From assembly GCA_038087875.1 (NCBI GenBank), contig CM075988.1:27654001-27718000 (forward strand): a DNA stretch of 64,000 nt, given 5' to 3'. The DNA is from Malacoraja senta. Lineage: Eukaryota. Shown one piece after another: positions 52,746 through 64,000 of this stretch. The notes under the pieces are model-generated. The model searched no databases. It saw only the letters and a program-made list of their open reading frames with translations, and had not been told where the DNA came from. The position numbers and the translations under genes were made by a program. The first letter of the stretch is position 1, and each line of letters opens with the position of its first letter.

Positions 52746-53809
52746 AAATAATGTTAAGTTAGAATTGGGAAGGAGGAACTTCGGGAAGTTTATTCTGAAA
52801 GAACGTGGTTCTGAGCAAATTGCTAGATCTGTGGGCTGACAAGTCCCTGGGTTATGATAAATTCCACCTTGGGTTAAAAAGAAATGAGTAATGAGATGAT
52901 CAATGCGTTCAATTTTACCTAATACCCTATATTTAGAAAGACACATTAAAGTGGAAAATAGCAAAAACATCTTTACTCAAAGGTGTCAGCAGAATACAGC
53001 AAAATTGTAGGTTTGTCAGCTTCTGTCATAGGGAAAATATTAAAAGCTATTATTAAAGATGTTGCACAGGGCACTTGGATAAAGTCAAGATAATATGGCA
53101 AAATCCAAATGGTTTTGTTGAAGGCTGTTTGTCCAATTTATTGCAGTTTTTTGAAGAAGTAACGTGTGTGGTGGATATTGGGGAATTAGTAGTTATAGTA
53201 TACTTGCACATTCAGAAGGCATTTCATGAGATGCTTCATCAAAGAATTTTGTATGAAATGAATGCCCATGGTGTAAAGAAGTAACATATTATCCCGGAAG
53301 GAAAGTTGGCTGATTAATTAACAGGAAGCAGAGAACAGTTATAAATGGGTGTACAACTTATTGCAGATGCTAGTATCTGGAGAAAAGAAAGAGAGATGCT
53401 GGAGGAACTCAGTACATCAGACAGCACCTGAGGAGAGAAATGGACAGTTGATGTTTCCGGTTGAGACCTTTCACCTGGACTATAAATGAATATTTTTCTT
53501 TTGTTTTGGTACTGGGGTTAGTACTGGTTCCTCAATTTATAATTTATCTAAATGACTTTCAAGATACTAAAGGAACAATTGCTGAGTTTGTTGACACAAA
53601 GATGATAGTTATGAGGAGTACTTAAGGAAACTGCAGAAGGATATAAAACTTTAGGTGAATCATAAATGGAATATTATGTGAGAAATATAAAATTGTCCAT
53701 TTTGCAGGATTATCTAAATAGTGAGATAGTGTGAAGCCTGGGATGCAGAAGGATCTGGGTGTCCCAGTGGATGCCATGCAAAAGGTGAGTGCAGGAATAA
53801 AAATAGGTA

Positions 53810-54663
53810 CTTGTGCCTGCATTGCCAGAACTCCTCAACAAGCATTAAGACTTTGTCTGTCTGGCAGAGAGCGAGAACCTCATCAGATCCATCTTGCACA
53901 GTCAGTGTCTCGCTCTCAATGCACACTGTCCTCAACATAACTGCAATGCAGAGGAGATGAATGTCTACCGCTTTGTGGACTATGCATTTGTCAAGAAGGT
54001 CTGGAAAAAGATGCAATGATCATTGTCCAAAATAGCTGTCTAATAGAGGACACTCTGTCCTACGGACTGTTCCCAGAGATATGGACTGAGACAAGCTTAA
54101 ACTGCTGCCTGAAGATCATCAACTTGGTGAAAGAGACATTTTGGTCTGCCTGAAGTTTGCTGGTCTTCTACTGCAATGAAATGTCCATAGGTGTTTGCTG
54201 TCTACTTGCACATTGCAGGCTGAAGGAATACTTGCTGAAGGCTTCTCTGCAGTTTGCTGCAGCCACGACAAAGTCTTTGCAGTGAAGATCATAAGTGATG
54301 GGAGCAGAATTAGGCTATTTGGCGCATCAAGTCTGCTCTGCCATTCAATCATGGCTGATCTATCTCCCTCCTAACCCCATTCTCCTGCCTTCTCCCCATA
54401 ACCTCTGACACCCATACAAATCAAAGCGAAGGGCCAGAGTTTATGATTCTGCTGCCACTGGATGCTGATGAGTTGGATCCTATGTAGTAGGTTCTCAAAC
54501 ATTTCATGAGTGTGTTGAAAGAGAAAACATGAGTGGCTTTGCTAATTTGTAAGTATAATTTATTGGTTTGATGGCTCAGGCATTTGATCTGAGGGCAAAA
54601 CAAATGTTAGGAACGATGTTTCCTGTATATATTTTTATGAATAAAGATTATTTTTGAAATAAA
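53810..54663 (+). mobile_element. Tx1-like (L1 group) 3' fragment
   Basis: Decayed C-terminal motifs (YGLFP, CCLKIINLVKETFWSA, LAHCRLKEYLL); ends atgaataaagattattttttgaaataaa. Confidence 0.65.
54289..54418 (-). mobile_element. Short CR1 3' end nested in the Tx1-like fragment
   Basis: ccattcaatcatggctgatcta...ctgccttctccccataacc. Confidence 0.8.
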
Positions 54664-55069
54664 GTCAGGAAAGCTAACAGATATTTTCAAGCTTGGAGAA
54701 CTGAATATACTGTAACGGTAGGGAGGTCATTCTTCAGCTACATGGACTGCGGTGAAAGTATATTCCAGGCTGATCAGCCACGATAACATTGAATGGCGGT
54801 GCTGGCTCAAAGGGCCGAATGGCCTACTCCTGCACCTATTGTTTATTGCCTACATCTGGAGTACTGCATATATTATATTGGTCTTATTTAAATATTAGGG
54901 AAGCAGTTTGGTAAAGGTTTGGGACACAGAGCTGGAATGGGTTGGTTATCTAATGTGGAATTTTGTACAGGGCAAGCTGTTATCCATTTGAATGCAAAAG
55001 TTAGAGGGGACTTGAATAAAACATACATGATTGATGGATTTTGCATCCATCGTTAAAGCAATGATGCGT

Positions 55070-55275
55070 AGAAAAATAATGCTGGAGTATCTCAGTGGGT
55101 CAGGCAGCATCTCTGGAGGACATGGAAGGTGACGTTTCAGGTCGGCATCATTCTTCAGACCCGACTTGAAACAATGCCTATTTGAAACACGACTCGAAAC
55201 AATGTCCAGAGAAGCTGCTCCAGAACGTTGTTTTTTACTCAAGATTCCCACATCTGCAGTTCCTTACGTCTCTAT
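55070..55275. mobile_element. Inverted pair of Penelope terminal cassettes
   Basis: Minus copy ending gtgacgtttcaggtc...cttcagac, then plus-oriented remnant. Confidence 0.7.
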
Positions 55276-55704
55276 CAAAGGAATGGTGCTCGCTGTTGAC
55301 TCCATTAAAAGGTGGCCACAGAATTCATGTGAGGTTGTGAGTGGCAATTTTCTGCCATTGGGTAGGTGATCCAGGATAGCAACCTCCATTGAAGATCTGT
55401 GGTGTCCATAGATGGGTTGAGCAACACCACCTCTTTTTATTGAATCTGAACAAAGAATCCCATTTGACTTGTGCCAAGTATAATCGGGAAATAAATGTAA
55501 GAATAGTTAATTCATTCTAAAATTATACTTGGGAAGTGAATTAAAGTTAGGGAAAATAGGAAAAGGAATATGGAATTCAGGAAACATGAATATCAAACAA
55601 TAGCTGTAGCGTTTTTTCATAAATTATAACTGATATTATTTGAGAGATTAAGGTTGCAGCTCATTTTGCGGGGGAACAGAGTAAATCGGACATATCTTTA
55701 CATA

Positions 55705-56272
55705 AAGATGTGTAAGAAGGAACTGCAGATGCTGGTTTAAACCGACGATAGACACAAAAAGCTGGAGGAACTCAGTGGGAGAGGCAGCATCTCTGGAGAG
55801 AAAGAATGGGTGACGTTTTGGGTCGAACCCCTTCTTCAGACTGGTTAGGGATAAGGGAAACAAGACATATAGACGGTGATGTGGAGAGATAAAGAACAAT
55901 GAATGAAATATATGCAAAAAAGTAACCATGATAAAGGAAACAGACCATTATAAGCTGTTGGGTGAAAATGAGAAGCTAGTGTGACTTGGGTGGGGGAGGG
56001 ATAGAGAGAGAGGGCTACCTGAAGTGAGAGAAATCAATATGAATACCACTGGGCTGTAAGCTGCCTAAGCAAAATATGAGATGCTGTTCCTCCAATTTGC
56101 ATTTAGCCTCCTCTGACAATGGAGGAGACCGTGGACAGAAAGGTCTGTGTAGGAATGGGAAGGAGAATTAAAATGTCCAGCAACCGGGAGATCAGGTTGG
56201 TTTACGCGGGTTGAGCGAAGGTGTTCCACGAACCGACCGCCCTGTTTGCGTTTGGTCTCACCGATGTATGTT
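55705..56272 (-). mobile_element. Penelope-like 3' fragment (GIY-YIG end, UTR, terminal cassette)
   Basis: Reverse strand reads YIGETKRKQGGRFVEHLRS...; cassette with agtctgaagaaggggttcgacccaaaacgtcaccc. Confidence 0.88.
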
Positions 56273-59200
56273 ATGTTATGTAAACTTCGGTGATATTTTA
56301 TGTTGTTGGTACAGCACCTTGATTGGCGAAAAGTTGCAGTAATTGCCAGTATATGTGCTCAGTTTTCGTATTACACGCCAGCATTGAAATTTATTAAGGC
56401 ATATGTTGAGTGAAACTGCCTGCAGTCGTATGATTTTATTGCGTGTATGTGTATTTTGCTGCAGTTCCGTCAAATATTATTACCAGCCGATGTAGGGTAT
56501 GAGTAGGCAATTTGGCTCCTTCCTCTTGAATATTCGTGTCCTTGCATGCATCTTCTGATCCTATCATGCATGAATCTTTTTGGATTTCGCCAGCAGTGAG
56601 GATACGATGGTGTTGAGTATTACCTAAAGTGTCCTGTGTGTAGAGCCTCCCGCGCTGTTTTTGTGCGCGCAGCTACAGAGGCTCGGATTTCCGCCAGTGG
56701 GAGGCACTTGATTACAAATACCCCTTCACATTCACTTGGAAAACCTCGAGCGTTGAGTCCACGGAGTGAGACCGGCCAACACTGACAAGAAGACCGTTTG
56801 TCCAGTTCTTATCTGCGCAAGTGCACTAGGTTAAAGGGTTACGGCATTCATGTTCAGTCAGTGGAAATGATTCACTGTTTCGTCAGATCTAGTTACAGGT
56901 ATCGTACAGCTTCCGTTCTAATTTTTCATGTCTTTACAACATTCCTATTTATTATAGGGGTCTGTTCCTATATATTTTTTTCAAACTTCAGTAAAAACAA
57001 GTTAATGGTGTAAAATGAATTAGTTCACTTACATAGAATGTTCTTGCTTTGGCTATGTAAATAAAATATTACTTTCTTATCGAGAATTGCCGCCATTTGA
57101 AGACGGTTGTATAAACTACGTACAAGATTTTAAGCTCCAAGCAAGTTGAATTTTTGAATTCATTAATTATAAATTGGGTCCTCAATTCTCTCTATCTCGA
57201 CAGCCACGCCTCTGTAATGTTGAACCACTCTGCGAGAGCAAGTGTCTCCAAACCTATAATGTCTGTTGTTGTAAATGTGAAATTACTAGCACAATTTACA
57301 AAATTCTGTATTTCCTTCCCTTAAAGTGTTCTGCCTTACATAATTGAGATGGAGCTGTAAAAAGGGAAGTTAATGATAGTTTTCATTTTTCCTTCTCGTA
57401 CCTTAAATACAGTAAATAAATATCACTACCAGTATGCTTTTGTAAATCACTTTTCAAAATTCAGACATCCATGTTGTTGTAATTGCAAAGTACGTCATGT
57501 ATAGTACTTTGAATACTTTTAAAATACTTCGAGACTGTTCTGTGATAGACATTGAATGTGCAACAGTTTCCTGAGGGGCATCTCGTGAATAATTGTTTCT
57601 GATTATTGTCATATGTGACAGCATGGTTTGTCAAACAACCAACCTTTTCAATGATTCCCTCCAACCCCCCAGCTACATAGCACTCCCTAAAGCAAAAGGG
57701 GGAAATTATGTGAGATGATTGCAGCTTAAAAGCATGTAGTTTAGTAATTGTTTGCCTTGAGAATTTAATGTTAAGCACCAGTATTCCATCTGTGAACCTC
57801 CACGTTTCTTTATTCTTGCCCTTTAATAAAATCTTCCACTTTGAGCTTTTAAGATACTTGTTCTAGCATGTGGTTTGGTATTAGATTTTTGATAATACAA
57901 ATGCAAATTGGTATAATTATAATCAAATGTATTGAGGTTAAAGCAAAGATATATCAGTAATGTTGGTAAGTATTTATTTTAGTTACATTTGTTACATGAT
58001 TGTTAGTGATCCTGATAATTATAAATTTGGACGAGGTGCAATGCAGATTGTGGCTATGACATCTGTCAGAACAGCATATGTTCTATTGCAGAATTTTAAA
58101 ATGGATTACAGTGTAGAGAATTTACTTTGCCTTAAGCACTTCCTAGTACATGACTTGTGATGATTCTCTGAAACCTTCTCATATACCTTCTGATTTTTAT
58201 TAGTCTAATCATTAAAACATAATATTCTCAAATATTTTTCAACCGCTTTAGACGGCTTGCTTCTCCGAAAAGGAACAGGCTACAGTGGATTAAGCACAAT
58301 TGGAGAAGAGGCTATGGGTTTTTGATTGCATAATCATCGTATATACTGCGTTCTGGGAATTAATTAGAGACAAATAGGGATGCAACAAATAGCTGAATGA
58401 TTGATTTGCATTAATTTTGAGGGATATGTATTCAGCTTTAGCATGACAAACATTTTCAATGGTAATGTTGAGAAGGTTCAGAATCATGGGGTTTGTTTCT
58501 TCTAGCATTAGACCTTTTAAACTACAAACAGGAGAAGGAGTAGAGGAGTAAAAACATGTAAATATCCACATTCTAGATGATTCTTTCTTTTTCATTACTA
58601 TTTTTGCATGTCATTCTTTTTCAAATATCCTTACGTGCATTGTCTACAGTCCACAAATGCTGCCTATTAATACTGGTTGTAGTTTATTCACATTATGTTT
58701 TAAACATTTATTTGTTGGCTTTCCAGATTAAAAATTAATCTCCTCTTTAAATGGTAGCAAGTAGTTGAATGTGATTTCAGTGATTTTGGAATTATTTTAA
58801 AATATAAAGCTGCATGTTGGTGAACCAACGTGGTATGAATCCAGAATTTGGAATTAAAGTTTCTGGGGAGATAGAATGCTCTTTATTGGTAATGCTTACA
58901 ATCCCCCAGCCTCCAAACCAGTAATTTCCATTTTGAGATAAGTTAAAATAACGTATATCCTCATGCAAGATAAGTTTATTTTGGTAAATTATCAATTCCT
59001 TGAATGTATCTTGTCCAATGAGCCTTTATTGTTCTTTCTGACTAGCTACTTGGATAGCTATTGTGGTTACGAGATATGGTCAGTTGACTGATCTGGACCT
59101 GCAAAGTTGATTCAACTATTCCAGTTTTACATCTGGATGGAGCTGATCAATTAAAATATATTTTAACTGTTTCAATTTATGATCAAGATGTTTTTCACTA

Positions 59201-59717
59201 AGATTAACAGATTAGGATGAATAATTTAAAATTGTCCTTTTGAGATTTATCTCAATATTAAATTTTATATATTGTTTGCCCAAGGAATTCTAATTGAAAG
59301 AAAACTTTTGAAAGAAAATTGAAAGAAAATTTTATTGCACAATTGATTTAAAAGATAAGAATATGATGATAAAACAACTTTAAAAAATAGTCCTCTGCTT
59401 ACTCTTGGATTAGAATTGACTGAGTCAGAAGAGGTAGCATTTATTCATTTTGTAAAATATATGCTCCTTGTCAAACTCAGTTTATCAAAATCCTTTGGGG
59501 CTGTTACAAATTCTGAAGGTGGTAGTCTAAGACTTTTTTTTCCTTACCTGGCACCATCAGCTCGGATGTGAAAAATTATGTACATTAGTACCCCACTAAA
59601 CTGCAGAGTGCTGTTTAATTATAACAATATTGAATCTACAGTCTTAACACTCGTAGCTAGGTACATTCAGGTCAACTTGAACGGTGCACTATTCTGCCAG
59701 GAACCTTTTGTGAATCC

Positions 59718-59731
59718 CTGCCCTCTGCTGG
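59718..59731 (-). promoter_or_regulatory. Candidate CTCF site
   Basis: CCAGCAGAGGGCAG matches the core consensus CCASYAGRKGGCRS at all 14 positions, in non-repeat DNA. Confidence 0.45.
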
Positions 59732-60524
59732 TGCTTCCCTGATGATGAATTGGCCTGTGACGAGTTTAGTGTTGGGTAGGTTCAGGTGAGAGATGTGGTT
59801 CCTCAGTGTTGATTATATGGGGCTCACAACTGTATTCTGATTGGCACAGCAAGAGCAGGCTGTTGTCTAGAATTGGCAGCATTCGCTCCCCGTTTTGTCA
59901 GACTGCCCCGATGCTATGACTTTCCTCATCATTACTTGTTCCATATGATTGAAGTTGCTATCATCTCTCATTGTTTAGCTGTACAGCTCTTCTCTGCCCA
60001 ATGAGTTGTTGTTACCATAGAGAAATTATAGGTGACCAGAAACGGGATCAAGTATACTCTACTTGCAGAGAGGTTGCTATCAAGAAGTTGCTCCAAAGAA
60101 GAAGAATGCTTTTTTAAAAATAATTTCATGCTTGGCCTTGCATTATGTCAAAATGCTTTATACCTAAAGTATGTTTTTAAATTATAAATACTATTGGAAA
60201 AATATGCAGTATGTATAAGGGAACACCACCACTTCAATATTCCCTTATACCTACTTAGATGCATCTTAGATGTACAAAATCCTAATTATTGTTGCTTCTT
60301 TGTTGTTTCTGGATCATTTATAAGCAAAATTGGAGATGGGTCATAAATGATGGCAACATCCACATCTTGTGGAAGAATGGCAATATAGTGGTCCATGATG
60401 CAACCTCTTAATGATTTGTTATTACTTCTCACAATGCCCTCTTAAAATAACGTGGGTGTTCTGAAAAGCTTCTTAGAAATCTCTAAAAGACTTTTTATAC
60501 TTTATCTGTAACTTTTTTTTGCTC

Positions 60525-60797
60525 GACAAAGATACAGGTGGAGTAACTCAGCGAGTTAAGCAGCATCCCTGGAGAACATGATAGGTGGAGCATAAAAAAA
60601 ATTTCAGGTCGAGAATCCTACCATTGTTGCTTCCTCCTTCCAGACAGCAACAAACTGATGCCGTCTGAATAAGTCTGGTCCGACCCAAAACGTGACCTAT
60701 CCATGTTATCCAGGGATGCTGCCTGATCCACTGCGTTACTCCAGTACTTTGCGTCTTTGTTTTGTAATCCAGCATCTGCAGTTCCTTGTTTCTACAT
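60525..60797. mobile_element. Inverted pair of Penelope terminal cassettes
   Basis: Minus copy 60525-60645 and plus copy from gtctgaataag...gacccaaaacgtgacc. Confidence 0.75.
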
Positions 60798-61244
60798 TTA
60801 TACTAATTTGCACAGTAGGTATAGTTTATTGAGCCTACAGATTTGTAAGCCTACAGTATTTTAAGGGTGATGATAACTACATTCCAGTGTTTTAATAAAC
60901 AATATAGGGAAAATGGACACAACTCCTTGATGCCATATCCGCCATCAGTGATTTCATTTTAACCTGCCTTCAGAACTTTAGCTCCATCATTTGTCACCAA
61001 TTATTTGCTGGAATGATAAAGAGCTCTACACCCAATGTTTAACATTGTATCCCCAACAGGTCATGTACAACATCAAAGCTGGCAATATGCATTTTAATTT
61101 TAACTCCAACATTTGGTTTTGGAACAATCTGCAAATTTAAACTTTGTGCTCAAATTTAACAATTAAAGTAGAACATTCAGAAAGTGGATATCCATCTCTG
61201 GAAGTGTGCCTAAAGCAGTATATGAGATGTATCTTGTATCTACA

Positions 61245-63163
61245 CTATGAGTCTGTAGACTGGGCAATGTTCAGGGACTCGGCAACGGACCTGAATGAAT
61301 ACGCCACAGTCGCTACAGACTTCATAAAGAAATGTGTGGAGGACTGCATCCCAACAAAAACCTTCCGAGTGTTTCCTAACCAGAAGCCATGGATGAACCA
61401 TGTGATCCGCATTCTTCTGAAGACCAGATTCTGGGCATTTAGGTCTGGAGATACAGAGGTCTACAAGAAGTCCAGATACGACCTTGGTAAGGCCATCAAA
61501 AAGGCCTAAAGGGACTTCTGCTCCAAGCTGGAGGATGAGACGGATGTTCGGCAACTGTGGCGGGGCTTGAATGCAATCACCTCCTATAAGGCAAAATCAG
61601 GAAGCAGCTCAAATGTCAACGAAACATCACTCCCTGACGAGCTCAATGCGTTTTATGCACGCTTTGATAGGGAGAACACTGATGTGCCTTCCCGAGCCCC
61701 CTTCGCCGTGATGGTATTTCGGTCACAGTCACAGAGGCCGACGTCAGAAGATCCTTCAGAGGGGTGAACCCTCAGAAAGCGCCTGGACCTGATGGTATAC
61801 CCGGCCATGTTCTAAAAACCTATGCGGACCAACTGGCTGGAGTTTTTACGGACAATTTCAACCTCTCACTTCTGAGGTCTGAGGTTCCCACCTGCTTTAA
61901 AAGGGCATCAATAATATCGGTGCCCAAGAAGAGCAAGGTGACGTGCCTCAATGACTATCGACAAGTGGCACTAATGTCTCTGGTGATGAAGTGCTTTGAG
62001 AGGCTGATCATGGTGCAAATCAACTCTTATCTCGACAAAAACCTGGACTCACTGCAGTTCGCTTACCGCCACAACAGATCAACGGTGGATGTGATCTCAC
62101 TGGCTCTCCACTCTGCTCTGGACCACTTGGACAACAAAAACTCATATGTCAGGCTGTTATTCATTGACTACAGCTCAGCATTTACTACCATCATCCCCTC
62201 CAAGCTGGTTACCAAGCTCTCAGATCTGGGTCTCTGTGCATCCCTCTGCAATTGGATCTTTGACTTCCTCATTCAGAGACCACAGTCTGTCTGTATTGGT
62301 GGAAATCTGTCATCCTCGATAACAATCGGCACGGGAGCACCTCAAGGCTGCGTGCTCAGCCCTCTGCTGTACTCACTCTATACTCATGACTGCGTAGCCG
62401 GACATAGTGCGGACTTCATCATCAAGTTCGCAGACGACACCACTGTTGTGGGACGTATCACTGATGGGGACGAGTCAGAGTATAGAAGTGAGATCGACCG
62501 ATTGACCAAATGGTGCCAGCACAATAACCTGGCTCTCAACACCAGCAAAACCAAGGAACTGATTGTGGACTTCGGAAGGGGTAGGATGGGGACCCACAGT
62601 CCCGTTTATATCAACGGGTCGATGGTGGAAAGGGTCAAGAACTTCAAATTCCTGGGCGTGCATATTTCCAAAGATCTCTCCTGGTCCCAGAACACTGATG
62701 CAATCATAAAGAAAGCACATCAGCGCCTCTACTTCCTGAGAAGATTACGGAGAGTCGGTATGTCAAGGAGGACTCTCTCGAACCTCTACAGGTGCACAGT
62801 AGAGAGCATGCTGACCGGTTGCATCGTGGCTTGGTACGGCAACCTGAATGACCAGGAGCGGAAAAGGCTGCAAAAATTTGCAAACACTGCCCAGTCCATC
62901 ATCGGATCTGACCTCCCTACCATTGAGGGGATCTATTGCAGTCGTTGCCTCAAAAAGGCTGCCAGCATCATCAAGGACCCGTACCATCCTGGCCACACAC
63001 TCATCTCTCCGCTGCCATCAGGTAGAAGGTACAGGTGCCTGCAACATCAAGGTTCAGGAACAGCTACTTCCCCACAGCCATCAGACTATTAAACACAACT
63101 TCAAACAAACTGTGAACTATAACTGCCTATTGCACGTTATCTGTTTATTTATTTGTGTATATA
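61245..63163 (+). mobile_element. Rex1/Babar LINE, 5'-truncated, RT largely open
   Basis: ORF 61764-63092: LNDYRQVAL, LFIDYSSAF, GAPQGCVLSP, KFADDT; stop and frameshift upstream. Confidence 0.93.
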
Positions 63164-64000
63164 CAGTGGCTTGCAAAAGTTTTCATACCCCTTCCACATT
63201 TTGTCACGTTACAACCACAAACGTAAATGTATTTTATAGGGATTTTATGTGATAGACCAACACAAAGTGGTGCATAATTGTGAAGTGGAAGGAAAATGAT
63301 ACATGGTTTTCAAATTTTTTGAACAAATAAAAAACTGAAAAGTGTCGCGTGCAAAAGTATTCAGCCCCCCTGAGTCAATACTTTGTAGAACCACCTTTCG
63401 CTGCAATTACAGCTGCAAGTCTTTTGGGGTATGTCTCTACCAGCTTTGCACATCACAATGTTTGCCCATTCTTCTTTGCAAAATAGCTCAAGCTCAGTCA
63501 GATTGGATGGAGAGCGTCTGTGAACAGTAATTTTCAAGTCTTGCCAGAGATTCTCAATTGGATTTAGGTCTGGACTTTGACTGGGCCATTCTAACACATG
63601 AATATGCTTTGATCTAAACCATTCCATTGTAGCTCTGGCTGTATGTTTAGGGTCGTTGTCCTGCTGGAAGGTGAACCTCCGCCCCAGTCTCAAGTCTTTT
63701 GCAGACTCTAACAGGTTTTCTTCCAAGATTGCCCTGTATTTGGCTCCATCCATCTTCCCATCAACTCTGACCAGCTTCCCTGTCCCTGCTGAAGAAAAGC
63801 ACCCCCACAGAATGATGCAGCCACCACCATGTTTCACAGTGGGGATGGTGTGTTCAGGGTGATGTGCAGTGTTAGGTTTCCGCCACACATAGCATTTTGC
63901 ATTTAGGCCAAAAACTTCAATTTTGGTCTCATCTGACCAGAGCACCTTCCTCCACATGTTTGCTGTGTCCCCCACATGGCTTGTGGCAAACTGCAAACGT
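63164..64000 (-). mobile_element. Tc1-family transposon (continues beyond window)
   Basis: TA|CAGTGGCTTGCAAAAGT terminus; inner repeat gtgcaaaagtattcagcccc at ~63349. Confidence 0.95.
63361..63996 (-). pseudogene. Tc1 DD34E transposase catalytic region, frameshifted near C-terminus
   Basis: [25 protein letters not shown] with 34 residues between the second D and E; frame lost after WANI. Confidence 0.92.

Larger units (their letters stand above)
52830..55070 (+). mobile_element. Old CR1 RT fragment with several nested insertions
   Basis: CLSNLLQFFEEVT, YLHIQKAF remnants; interrupted by Penelope cassette, Tx1-like fragment and short CR1 ends. Confidence 0.65.

Overview
Repeat-dense, non-coding vertebrate DNA. 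The repeat content (HE1-like and Deu-domain SINEs, abundant CR1, Penelope terminal cassettes) points to a cartilaginous fish, probably a skate or ray; this is inference. I could not support any host protein-coding exon, tRNA, rRNA or CRISPR array. The window is a stack of nested transposable elements: an L1 inserted in a CR1 with a 15-bp TSD, many CR1 fragments, Rex1/Babar LINEs, a Tx1-like fragment, Penelope-like GIY-YIG fragments, a Tc1 DD34E element, a Tc2/pogo-like MITE, three PIF/Harbinger MITEs, several hAT elements, four non-autonomous Helitrons, SINEs, long mini/microsatellites and a 200-N gap. The most notable signals are: (1) about a dozen short Penelope-derived cassettes carrying a minimal hammerhead ribozyme motif, several inserted alone with their own TSDs; (2) three 32-38 bp hAT-like micro-elements made almost entirely of TIRs, one with a perfect 8-bp TSD; (3) a Helitron cluster showing an internal relic 3' end, satellite expansion and a 90-bp copy of adjacent flanking DNA; (4) a hAT element whose TSD brackets the assembly gap. 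Family names come from motif recognition by eye, and boundaries of old decayed repeats are approximate.
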